From: Desulfobacterales bacterium
GTDB lineage: Bacteria; Desulfobacterota; Desulfobacteria; Desulfobacterales; UBA5852
Assembly (NCBI GenBank): GCA_963674755.2
Contig: CAXXVS010000003.1
Location: 160,001 to 224,000, forward strand
Reading direction: 5' to 3'
DNA length: 64,000 nucleotides
The translations under genes and the position numbers were made by a program. Of this stretch, positions 16,391 to 25,325 are shown piece after piece. The notes under the pieces are model-generated. The model ran no database searches. It was not told the origin of the DNA and saw only the letters and a program-made list of their open reading frames with translations. Each line of letters starts with the position of its first letter. Position 1 is the first letter of the stretch.

Positions 16391-19300
16391 TCAACGATTC
16401 CGCTGCGGTTCAGGGTCAGCGGAACGCTCTGCGGGAGCATGTCTTCTCAGGGTTTGCAGACGTTCCTGATCCCATTCGAGGTTAAGCTCATTGAATAGCC
16501 GTTCGGCTTTGTCGAGATAGGTTTCGGCTTCCAGACCGAGCAGTGTGGTATCCTGGACGCCGCCTTCCGCGAGTCGTCGACCGACTTCAAAATAGGTTCG
16601 CGACAACTGGATCCGAGCTCCCAGCCGTTCACCTTCACGAATGGCTTTACACCACCAGCGGCGGGCGCGCCGCGGCCGTTGCGTCAGCCATAAAAAGAGC
16701 CCCATCAGGCGGTAGGCATCCGTGCGATACTGAGCGACCTTGCGCGTTTGGCGCACCAGCGCCCGGCAGTATTGATAGGCCCGCACCTTCCATTTCAGGG
16801 GTTCTCCTTCATCAACGCCGGCAAGGGCTTCCTGCAACCCATAAAGGCCAAGTTCGGCCCGGCTGCGCAGAAACATCGATAACTGCCAGGGTACCGGCTG
16901 CAATTCGCGCCGAATGGCCTCGGCTTGATCCAGGGCCTCTTCAGCGGCGGTACGATCTGCCCGGAGAAGATGAAGTTTGGCCAGACAGCCCAAAAAATGA
17001 ATCATTCCCAAGCCGGATTTTGTTTTTTGGGCGAAGTCGATTCCGGCCGCGATCTCCTTCCGGGCCTCCTGAAGGCGGCGGCATTCCAGAAAAAGACCCG
17101 TATTCAGCAACAGTTTGAGGAGTTGCGAAAAGTCATTCTCGTAGATATCCGATATTTCGTCGAGCTTTTCCACCAGCCATTGGGCCAGGGCGATTTCGCC
17201 CTGATGCAGCTGGGGGAGGGCATGCCAGTGAAGATGCAGCGAAATGAAGTAGACTTCGCCATAATCCAAGTTGTGCTTCACCAGGTCTTCGTCGAATCTT
17301 CCGATGGACTTCCAGTTGCCTGTTAGATAATGATGCAATGTTTCTGAAAAATCGTAGATAATATAAGATTTGAAATTTTCCCGTGTAATTTTGGGTGCGA
17401 CAAATTTCAAAATCTTGTTGCTGATCCCGAAGGAAAGTCCGCTGAACGAAAAGAGCGAACTTGCCCCAACGAGCAGGCCGTAACCAGCATCAAAATGCTT
17501 AAGGTCAAAGCGGGAGATTTGTCCATAGAAATACAGTGATTCTATAAAATAGCGCTTTGGATCAATTATACCCAGCGCTTTCAGTTTCTTATAGAACAAA
17601 TCACAAGTTTGCAGATTCTCCTCGGAAAGAATCCGTCTGAATTTCAACCAGGGCAGCCATAGGCTGGTCAGGAATTGGGCGAAGCTGGGCAACACCTTTA
17701 AAAACGGAAAACGGGCGGGATCGCGCCGCTTTTTCCAATAGAAGGAAAGGGCCCTATCGAAATACTCCACCGCCTCCTCATATTGGCCGCGGTTATAGAA
17801 GGCGAGGGCGATGTTCTTTTCCAGCAACGCTATCTTGGCCGCATCGGCTGCCGAGCCTGATTTCTGCCGGTAGAGGCGCAGCGCCTCCAGATAGTAATGG
17901 AGGGCCTCGCTCGAAGCCGATGTTTTCAGCGCTTCTTCGCCGGCTTTGATCAATGCGGCTTCGGCTTTGTCCAGTTGCTCCGCCCGGCTGTAGTGGTAGG
18001 CCAGCATGCCGTAAAAAGAACTCAATTTTTCGGCAAAAACCTTTTCGATGGTGTCGGCCACCTTCAGGTGCAGCGTCTTGCATTTCTGGGGCAGAATGGA
18101 AGCATAGGCGGCTTCCTGGGTAAGGGCATGCTTGAAGTAGTACTCCAACTCTTCGTGCTGCTCCCCTTCCAGAATAAGCTCCATCTGTTTCAGGTAGGAC
18201 AGGCGGTCGTCCACATTGGAGACCGAACCGGCCACCTCCGCCAGGATGCGGTAGAAAAAATTCCGGCCGATCACGGCCGCCACTTTCAACAGATCCCGGG
18301 CGCCCTCCTCCAAACGGTCGATGCGGGACATCAGCACGTCATTGATCGTGTTGGGGATGGTCATGGTGCCGAACTTGTCGGTCACCTTGAAGGTGCCGTT
18401 CCGCATCACGACGGCCCCTTCGTCGATAAACGAACGGGCGACCTCCTCTATAAAATAGGGATTTCCGCCGGCACGTTGCACGATCTGCCCGACAACTGCG
18501 GTATTGAGACCGCGCAAATCCAGCATGTCGGTAATGAGGGCTTCGCTCATGCGATCGTCCAGGGGCTCCAAGGGAATGTCGAGTTGGTAAGGGAAAAATT
18601 CTTCTCTGATGAAAGATCCGATCCGTTGACCGGTCTCTTCATATCCTGGACGGAAAATGTTGATGAACAAGATGGGGGACTGTCTGACAAGACGGAAAAG
18701 GTATTCCAAAAGTTCGATCGAACTTTTGTCGGCCCAGTGCAGGTCGTCGATAATGACGATCAGCGGCTGCAGCGCGCTGATGCGTGATAAAACTTCGCGA
18801 ACGCTCCGGCGGATTAGTTTTTCCAGGGCTTCGCCTTCAATACCTCGTATTCGCTCACGAAAGGCGTCGGGCAGGCTGATGCCCATCAGGATCGCCATGA
18901 ACGGCAGTACCTCGTTGCCCTCATCTTTAAACAATCCCCGGACCGCCGTCTCCAATTTGCGCCATGTCGCATGTGCGTTGTCTTCTTCCCCGATGTTGGC
19001 CCATTGTCTGAGAAGATCAATCATCGGATGAAAGCTCAAGTTGCGGCCCATGGAGACGGCCTGGCCTTCCAGTACGGTCACCCGCCGGATCGACTCCCGC
19101 TGTCGGAGTTCGGTCACCAACCTGGACTTGCCGATGCCGGCCTCGCCGATCACATTGACGATCGAACCCTCGCCGTTGATCAGCTTCAGCACTTGCAGCT
19201 CCAGCTTGTCCAACTTGCTGGTCCGGCCCACCATCTCGGTGAATATCGCCCGTTCCGAACCCAATTGGGGGCGGTGAATATCTTTGCGACTCGGCAGCAC

Positions 19301-20032
19301 CTTGTAAACCGGTATGCTTTCCGTCCAGCCCTTGATCACCTTTTTCCCCAGGTTTGCGAACTCGAACATGCCATAGGTCTGTCGATAGACCTCCTGGGTG
19401 ACATAGGTGGTCCCCGGTTCGGCCAGGCGCTCCATACGGGATGCCAGATTGACCGTATCGCCGACGGCCTTGAATTCGACCCGCAGGTCATTGCCCAACG
19501 TACCCACCACCACCGGTCCGCAATGAATTCCAATGCGCATGCGGATGGGGTATTCTCCCGCCCGCTGCTGGTTGAAAACAACCATACCCTGATGAATGGC
19601 CCGTGCCGCCCAGAGGGCGCGCTGGGGTGCTTCCTCCACGGCGACCGGAGCGCCGAAAAGGGCCATGATGCCATCTCCGGTCATTTCGTTGATAGTGCCT
19701 TCGAAGTCGTGCACCTGGCGTATCAGGATTTCATAGATCTCATCCATAACCGCATAGGCCGCTTCTGCGCCGAGACGTTCGACCCGTGGGGTGAACCCCT
19801 CCATGTCGCAGAACATCACGGTGACATAGCGGCGCTCCCCTTCGATGCGGTCGCGCTGGCTGAGGATTTTTTTGGTCAAGCCCTGGGGTAAATAGCGCTG
19901 AATCTTAGCGAACTTGTCATCGAAAGACTGGGCGGACAGGCCGCCGCTGGAAGGGGCTGATAGGGCGGTACCGCAATGACTGCAAAAATTGGCGCCTTCC
20001 AGGTTTTCAAATCGGCAGTCGGGGCATTTCAT
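16391..20032 (-). CDS. zinc ribbon + class III nucleotidyl cyclase + STAND/AAA NTPase + TPR protein
   Basis: CPDC/CSHC; FCDMEGFT, EMTGDG, GDTVNLASRME; Walker A GEAGIGKS, Walker B IIDDLHWAD, GGNPYF; TPR-like helices. Confidence 0.92.
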   Translation of the reverse strand: MKCPDCRFENLEGANFCSHCGTALSAPSSGGLSAQSFDDKFAKIQRYLPQGLTKKILSQRDRIEGERRYVTVMFCDMEGFTPRVERLGAEAAYAVMDEIYEILIRQVHDFEGTINEMTGDGIMALFGAPVAVEEAPQRALWAARAIHQGMVVFNQQRAGEYPIRMRIGIHCGPVVVGTLGNDLRVEFKAVGDTVNLASRMERLAEPGTTYVTQEVYRQTYGMFEFANLGKKVIKGWTESIPVYKVLPSRKDIHRPQLGSERAIFTEMVGRTSKLDKLELQVLKLINGEGSIVNVIGEAGIGKSRLVTELRQRESIRRVTVLEGQAVSMGRNLSFHPMIDLLRQWANIGEEDNAHATWRKLETAVRGLFKDEGNEVLPFMAILMGISLPDAFRERIRGIEGEALEKLIRRSVREVLSRISALQPLIVIIDDLHWADKSSIELLEYLFRLVRQSPILFINIFRPGYEETGQRIGSFIREEFFPYQLDIPLEPLDDRMSEALITDMLDLRGLNTAVVGQIVQRAGGNPYFIEEVARSFIDEGAVVMRNGTFKVTDKFGTMTIPNTINDVLMSRIDRLEEGARDLLKVAAVIGRNFFYRILAEVAGSVSNVDDRLSYLKQMELILEGEQHEELEYYFKHALTQEAAYASILPQKCKTLHLKVADTIEKVFAEKLSSFYGMLAYHYSRAEQLDKAEAALIKAGEEALKTSASSEALHYYLEALRLYRQKSGSAADAAKIALLEKNIALAFYNRGQYEEAVEYFDRALSFYWKKRRDPARFPFLKVLPSFAQFLTSLWLPWLKFRRILSEENLQTCDLFYKKLKALGIIDPKRYFIESLYFYGQISRFDLKHFDAGYGLLVGASSLFSFSGLSFGISNKILKFVAPKITRENFKSYIIYDFSETLHHYLTGNWKSIGRFDEDLVKHNLDYGEVYFISLHLHWHALPQLHQGEIALAQWLVEKLDEISDIYENDFSQLLKLLLNTGLFLECRRLQEARKEIAAGIDFAQKTKSGLGMIHFLGCLAKLHLLRADRTAAEEALDQAEAIRRELQPVPWQLSMFLRSRAELGLYGLQEALAGVDEGEPLKWKVRAYQYCRALVRQTRKVAQYRTDAYRLMGLFLWLTQRPRRARRWWCKAIREGERLGARIQLSRTYFEVGRRLAEGGVQDTTLLGLEAETYLDKAERLFNELNLEWDQERLQTLRRHAPAERSADPEPQRNR

Positions 20033-20297
20033 TCCAGCATCACTCTTGCGAATCCTGCACGACAGGGATGAAAGCGCATGCGCGCAGGCACGCTATCCTG
20101 TTCCAAGGGGAAACAGGCGATGGGCATGACCGGCGGCAGGGGTTGTTTGAATAGGATTTTTGTCAATAATTCGGCCGGCTGTCAAGAACGCAGTTCGCTA
20201 GGCACACCGGTGGAAGGATTCCAGGAAATAATGGCTCAGATGGCCGGGGAATCGAACGCGTCCCCGGCCGGTGGATTCTGCAGCAGGCTATCGATGG

Positions 20298-21098
20298 TTA
20301 CGGCGTCCGGCGCAGCGCTTCAAGAATACTCTCCGTTGCCAGGCCGTCCGGTTCCAGTCCCTTATCACGCTGGAAGGCCTGAATCGCCGCACGCGTTTTA
20401 CCGCCGAAGAGGCCGTCGACCGGACCCGGCTGGTATCCCAGATCCGTCAGGCGCTGTTGGACCTCACGGACCATTTTTTGCCGTGCCAAAGCGGCTTGCC
20501 GCGCCCTGGCGGAACGCTGTTTGAGCTGTTTCGTGTAGGCCTGCACACCGGCTTCGGACAAAAACCGGTCCTCGACAGGAATCCCCTGGGCGCGGGCCAG
20601 GCGGAACCAGCGCAGGGCCTCCCGGTCGCTTTGCGCCACCCCCACCCCGCTGGCATACATCAGGCCGAGCATATGCATGGCCGCACCGTGTTCCTCCTTG
20701 GCCGCGGCTTCGAAATAGCGGGCGGCCTCAGACGGGTTGCAGGAAATATAGGCCATGCCCATCAGGTAGTTGGCCGGAGGATAGCCGTTTTCCGCCGAGC
20801 GCCGCATCCACTGCAGATACTGCTTGGGATCGCGTTTGACCCCTTCCCCGGCCAGATACATGTTGGCCAGCATGAACTGACCGTATCCCCCCTCGGCCTC
20901 GGCTGCCGTTTGGTAGGCGGCCAATGCGCCGGAGTAGTCTTTTTCGGCGTAGGCCGTGTCACCTTTGGTCTCGGCGGCACTGGCCTTGAAATAGTTGGCG
21001 GTGGACGTCATGCGCGATTTGACGGAATCCGTAAATCCTGCGCAACCGGTCAGGAACAGCAGAACGAGCGGGAAAACGATCCATTGGCGATTGAACAT
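20298..21098 (-). CDS. Sel1-repeat lipoprotein with C-terminal peptidoglycan-binding domain
   Basis: Lipobox LTGC; Sel1 repeats (GQFMLANMYLAGEGV, AMHMLGLMYASGVGV); PG_binding_1 motif VQQRLTDLGYQPGPVDGLFGGKTRAAIQAFQ. CAGGAG SD at 21098. Confidence 0.88.
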   Translation of the reverse strand: MFNRQWIVFPLVLLFLTGCAGFTDSVKSRMTSTANYFKASAAETKGDTAYAEKDYSGALAAYQTAAEAEGGYGQFMLANMYLAGEGVKRDPKQYLQWMRRSAENGYPPANYLMGMAYISCNPSEAARYFEAAAKEEHGAAMHMLGLMYASGVGVAQSDREALRWFRLARAQGIPVEDRFLSEAGVQAYTKQLKQRSARARQAALARQKMVREVQQRLTDLGYQPGPVDGLFGGKTRAAIQAFQRDKGLEPDGLATESILEALRRTP

Positions 21099-21145
21099 GA
21101 TCAACTCCTGAAGGGCATCGGTTTTTCGATAGGTCATGCACCGGA

Positions 21146-22033
21146 CTATTTGTGGCCGCCACCACCACCTCCACCGCCACTTCCGCCACCGCCGCCACTG
21201 GTATTGTGAACCAGGTAGCGCCGGCCACTCGCCGTGACCACATAAAAGTTGTGGGTATCCGCCACCTGCAAATTGTACAACGGCGTATCGAGGCGTTGGA
21301 AATCGATGCTGACAATCGCCACCATGCGGCCGTCCACATGGACGGCATCGCCCTTGACAAGGTCCCGCACCCTTTTCCAACCGGTCGGCGTGAGCAGTCG
21401 TTCCCCGCCGGTGGTGCGCAGATCGCCGTTGATGGTATAAAGATGGTTGGCCTCGACCCGGTAGCGCTCGACCACCGGACGGCCCACGGCCCTATCATAG
21501 CCGATATCGTAGGTCAGCACCCTGTCGCCGGGCGTGATATCTTTGAAAGGCTTAGCGCTGCCATCTTCCATCTTCACGTGTGCATCCGGCGGGAAGCAGC
21601 CGGTCGATTGCGAAAGAATCGCCTGCTTTTCTTTTTCGAGTTTGTCCACCTGCCGCTCCAAACGTTGGATTTCCTTCTCGGTGCCTGCCACCTGGGCATA
21701 GGCCCCGTCCGCCAGGTCTCCGTAGCTTGGATTTGAGTCCCCTTTGGTCCAGCCTCTGCTCTTGTAGTCGGCGACGCTGTTGATGACACCGATCTGCCGT
21801 TGCTGGGTCTCATATTCTTTGAGGCCGTCGATATGCTTCCGGGTCCGTTCAATATCCCCTTGGACCTCCTCCAACGTGCGGCGTGGTTCCGGCGGCGCCG
21901 GGGCGACTTGGGGTGAATCGCTGGGGGGGGAAGACGATCCGCCGGCGCTCATACAGCCTGCGACGAAGATGAGCAGAAGGAGAATCAATAGGCCGGTGGA
22001 GCGCCTCCCGGTATGCCGCGGTTTTCTTTCCAT
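21146..22033 (-). CDS. lipoprotein with coiled coil, Hint (bacterial intein-like) domain and Gly-rich tail
   Basis: Lipobox VAGC; G|CFPPDAHV...YNLQVADTHNFYV...LVHN|TSGGGGG. Hint domain spans 21203-21598. Confidence 0.88.
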   Translation of the reverse strand: MERKPRHTGRRSTGLLILLLLIFVAGCMSAGGSSSPPSDSPQVAPAPPEPRRTLEEVQGDIERTRKHIDGLKEYETQQRQIGVINSVADYKSRGWTKGDSNPSYGDLADGAYAQVAGTEKEIQRLERQVDKLEKEKQAILSQSTGCFPPDAHVKMEDGSAKPFKDITPGDRVLTYDIGYDRAVGRPVVERYRVEANHLYTINGDLRTTGGERLLTPTGWKRVRDLVKGDAVHVDGRMVAIVSIDFQRLDTPLYNLQVADTHNFYVVTASGRRYLVHNTSGGGGGSGGGGGGGGHK

Positions 22034-22131
22034 AGAAGACCCCTTTGTCGTGTCGAAAAAGCAAATTCAGAAATGTTACCGTGCGTCCATCCCGGCCATC
22101 GGTCGAATGGGTTTTTGAAAATCAGCGCCGT

Positions 22132-22160
22132 TTTCTACTATGGCACCCCCAATCTGTCAA
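22132..22160 (-). promoter_or_regulatory. candidate sigma70 promoter of the Hint/Sel1 operon
   Basis: Minus strand TTGACA-17 nt-TAGAAA with an AT-rich tract upstream. Confidence 0.45.
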
Positions 22161-22428
22161 AGTAAAAACTAAAAATACCGCCCTTGGCAAACGCGTTTAC
22201 CGAACCGGCTTTACGGCTTCGAGTAAAGCCGAAACCACAAAGTCTTCGGCCTTTTGTGCGGGGGCCCAGGTTTTAATCAGCGCGCGGCTTTCCTTGCGAA
22301 GGTCGATGCGAATTTCAACCAGGAGCAACCGGGCCCCGTCCGGACCTGAAAAGGATATCCGCTCCGCGCCACAGGCTAGAATGCCCGTCACGAAACGGGC
22401 AGCGATGGAAGGGCCTGCAATAATCGTT

Positions 22429-23373
22429 TCAGGAGGGTTGAAAATGGGCGCGGGCGGCCGCCAGGCGACGCGTACGTACACTGGCGGCAACCTCGAGAAT
22501 CTTGTGATCGCGCTGCCACCACAGCCGGGTCCGGGGATCGACCTGCTCCCAGAGAGGCACCGCCTCGTCCAGCACACGGGCCACCTGGGAGAGCAGTCCC
22601 CCCAGGGCAAGGTGGACATGGGGGGCCAGGGGCGGCGCCAGGGCCAGGGTCCGTGCCGTCACCATCAGGGACAGCAAGGTTTCCAGAAGGGCATCGGGCC
22701 AGCCGGAGCGGCGTCCGACGCCTGCAAACCAAGCCAGAAAAGCGCCGGTCACATGCACATCTTCCAAGGTGCGGAACGGTTTGATGGCCCGGAGATAGCC
22801 ATCACCGGGCAGGAGGGCCTCGTCCGTCAGCCCCACCGCCTCGAAATCCACCCGGCCGTGGGGCATTTCCGGAACAAACCCCAGGTTCGGCAGGGAGGTA
22901 ATGTGGACACCGTCCAGGTCCGCCGGCACCATCGCCATCCGCAGGCGGTTGCGGCCGTCGGGCATCGCGCCGGCAGAGGCCGCCACCATCAGCAGGTCGG
23001 CCCCTTCAGCCCCCGTAACAAACGTTTTCGTGCCGTCCAGCCGCCAGCCGGCGCTCCCCTCAGCAGCGCTCAGGCGGGTTCGGATGCCCGCGGGATGGGC
23101 ACCATGGTCTTCGCTGATGCACAGCGCGGCGAGCTGATCGCAAGGGTGGTCAGGCAGCAAAGCCTGGATGGCCGCCTGGTAGCCGGCGGCAAAGGCCCAG
23201 GCCGGACGATCCGCCGCCCAGCCGCCGGCCAGGGCCCGGTCGATGGGCTGCTCCCAGCGGGGCACGATCTTCCGCCAAACTGCTTTCCAGGCCGTAAAAT
23301 CATCGATCCGGCCGGGCGGCTCCGCCGGCGCCTGCAGGAGCGCTTCCATGACCGCCATATCGACCCCGCTCAC
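22429..23373 (-). CDS. acyl-CoA dehydrogenase-like protein
   Basis: ALCISE, WRLDGTKTFVTG, GDGY...PFRTLED. GTGA overlap with the VWA gene. Confidence 0.8.
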   Translation of the reverse strand: MSGVDMAVMEALLQAPAEPPGRIDDFTAWKAVWRKIVPRWEQPIDRALAGGWAADRPAWAFAAGYQAAIQALLPDHPCDQLAALCISEDHGAHPAGIRTRLSAAEGSAGWRLDGTKTFVTGAEGADLLMVAASAGAMPDGRNRLRMAMVPADLDGVHITSLPNLGFVPEMPHGRVDFEAVGLTDEALLPGDGYLRAIKPFRTLEDVHVTGAFLAWFAGVGRRSGWPDALLETLLSLMVTARTLALAPPLAPHVHLALGGLLSQVARVLDEAVPLWEQVDPRTRLWWQRDHKILEVAASVRTRRLAAARAHFQPS

Positions 23374-24758
23374 AGCACCAGCTCCTGGATGAAGGCCGCC
23401 AACTGATCGAGGTTCCAGCAGGCCCGCACCTCGTTGCAGAAGGCTTCGTAAGTGCGCATTTCACTGTCTCCCGAATGCCAGAAGGCTTCCGACTCCGGAT
23501 TGAGCCAGACCACCCGCCGGCTGCGGTCCCGGACGGCTTCCAGGATGCCTTCTTCGGGATTGCCATAGTTGCTGCGGCCGTCGCCGATCATGATGACGGT
23601 CGTCTTTTTGTTGATGCTGTCCATGTGCCGGGCCTGAAACAGACGCAGGGTGCGCCCGTAATCCGTGGGGGCCCCGTAGGCGACTTCCGGGCAGCCGAGA
23701 ATTTCCTCCAGGGCCCGCTCGATGTCGAAATCATCGAAATAACGGGTGACCTCCACGGGTTCGTCCACGAACACGAAGCTGCGCACCCGGTCGAAGCAGT
23801 CCTGGAGGGCGTAGAGCATGGTGAGCATGAAGCGGGCCGAGGACCAGACCGACCCGGAAACGTCGCACAGCACCACGATGCGCCCTTTGCGGGGCGGTTT
23901 GCGTCGGAAGCGCAGCCCGATGGGGATCCCTTGGGTGCGGGCGGCGGCCCGCAGGGTGCGCTTGACATCCAGGATGCCCCGGGCGCGCGCGGCGTAGCGC
24001 AGGCTCACCATGTCCCGCAGCTTGCGCACCAACCGGGCGATGATCTCCCGCAGCCGGATCAGTTCGCCCGGCGAGAGATTGGCAAAGGGCGTTTGCCCGA
24101 GGGCGCCGTAGGCATCGCGGGGCGCGGTCTTTTTGACGTCCAGCGGGGGCAGGGGCGGGCCGTTTTCCGCCAGGAGCCGGCGGGCCGTCTCCAACCGGCG
24201 CGCCACCTGCCGCTGCACGGCCTGGCGTGTTTCCCAGGGGATCTCCCGCCAGTGATCGGCCAGATATCCGTCCACCGCCTCCCGGGCCCGGTGCAGGGCG
24301 CGCAGCACCGGCAGACGCCTCACCAGCCCCCCCAGATTGGAGCCCGCCCCCCGGGGACCCTGGCCCCTGGTCGGCCCTTCGGACTGCATGGCCTGGAGCA
24401 TTTGAAGATAGGGCGCCGGATCGGCCGCCAGGAATTGGGCAATGGCGGTCAGGGCCGGCATCTGGGGTTCGATGGCGAGGAGTAATTGCCTGAGCGTTTC
24501 CATCTGCGCGGCCAGGGATTGAGCGGCCGGATCCAGGTCTTCCCGGATTTCATGGAAGAAAAGCTGGTAGAGACGGTCGAAGCGGGCCCGCTCCAGCCGG
24601 CTCTTGGCAAAATTGGCCCGCAGCACCGTGGCGAACTGGCCCTCGTCCAGAATATCCACCCGGGGCAGCTGGGCCAGACAGTCCAGCGTCTCGGCCGTGG
24701 AGATGCGCAGCCCGCCTGCCCGGGCCGCGGCCACAAATTTAAGGATCATCCCCTCCAA
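23370..24758 (-). CDS. VWA-domain CoxE-like protein
   Basis: MIDAS motif DVSGSV, LDVKRTLR, TDYG, IGDGRSN, WLNPE. Confidence 0.88.
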   Translation of the reverse strand: MEGMILKFVAAARAGGLRISTAETLDCLAQLPRVDILDEGQFATVLRANFAKSRLERARFDRLYQLFFHEIREDLDPAAQSLAAQMETLRQLLLAIEPQMPALTAIAQFLAADPAPYLQMLQAMQSEGPTRGQGPRGAGSNLGGLVRRLPVLRALHRAREAVDGYLADHWREIPWETRQAVQRQVARRLETARRLLAENGPPLPPLDVKKTAPRDAYGALGQTPFANLSPGELIRLREIIARLVRKLRDMVSLRYAARARGILDVKRTLRAAARTQGIPIGLRFRRKPPRKGRIVVLCDVSGSVWSSARFMLTMLYALQDCFDRVRSFVFVDEPVEVTRYFDDFDIERALEEILGCPEVAYGAPTDYGRTLRLFQARHMDSINKKTTVIMIGDGRSNYGNPEEGILEAVRDRSRRVVWLNPESEAFWHSGDSEMRTYEAFCNEVRACWNLDQLAAFIQELVL

Positions 24759-24819
24759 TGGTTATAGAACTCCCATCGAACCTGCAGCTCAGAAAGCCTC
24801 AAACGTGGCTTAAAGAAGG

Positions 24820-25032
24820 TTTTTGCCTTTGGGTTTTTGTCTTACCCTTTGTCCCGCGCCGAGCATCGGCGATGCGGACGGATTAAAGCGCGCGGACTGT
24901 CTGAACCCGCCGAAGGCTTGCCGTAGGCGGGTAAGTTTCCGCGTGCTCCGGCCGTGTCGACGACGCGCAGGATCAAGCGGGACACGGGCGTCTTCTTTTG
25001 GTTACTTTTCTGCCACGCGGAAGAAAAGTAAC
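24820..25032 (+). repeat. repeat family 1, copy E
   Basis: Near-identical to copy A over TTGTCCCGCGCCGAGCATCGGCGATGCGG...CGACGACGCGCAG; lacks the GAAGCCTGTCACGCCGAGGCGTGA module. Confidence 0.85.
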
Positions 25033-25130
25033 GACAGCAAAAAACCAGTTGGTAAAACCTTACCAGATTCTCCAACGGAGGCGGAAGATTTCGTTCAACA
25101 TAAAGTCCCTGCTGAACAAAATCCTACATA

Positions 25131-25325
25131 GACCAGAAATGATATATTTTGGTTCCGGCGAAGGCCGCAGTTCTTTGGAAACCGGAGGCGTAGCCTCGCT
25201 ACGGCGAGGATTTCCAAAAAGCGAGAACGCCGGCTTGTCCGCCAAAGGTGAGGTTATCCCCATTCGGAGACTCAGTCCACCGGCGGCGGGCCGGGGCCAA
25301 AAGATGCTATCTCTGGATGGGCACT
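25131..25325 (+). repeat. repeat family 3 copy
   Basis: GGCGAAGGCCGCAG...GGCGTAGCCTCGCTACGGCGAGGA...GAGAACGCC...AAAGATGCTATCTCTGGATGG. Confidence 0.7.

Noticed and set aside
21149..21200. GGC/GGT microsatellite as a non-coding repeat
   Set aside because: Mixed Gly codons show it is the coding poly-Gly tail.
21146..22033. Classical mobile intein or polymorphic toxin
   Set aside because: No homing endonuclease, no conserved host protein and no toxin domain after the Hint domain.
22180..22260. c-di-GMP riboswitch upstream of the Hint gene
   Set aside because: Hairpins are present but the GEMM motifs are not arranged correctly, and the region lies upstream of the predicted promoter.
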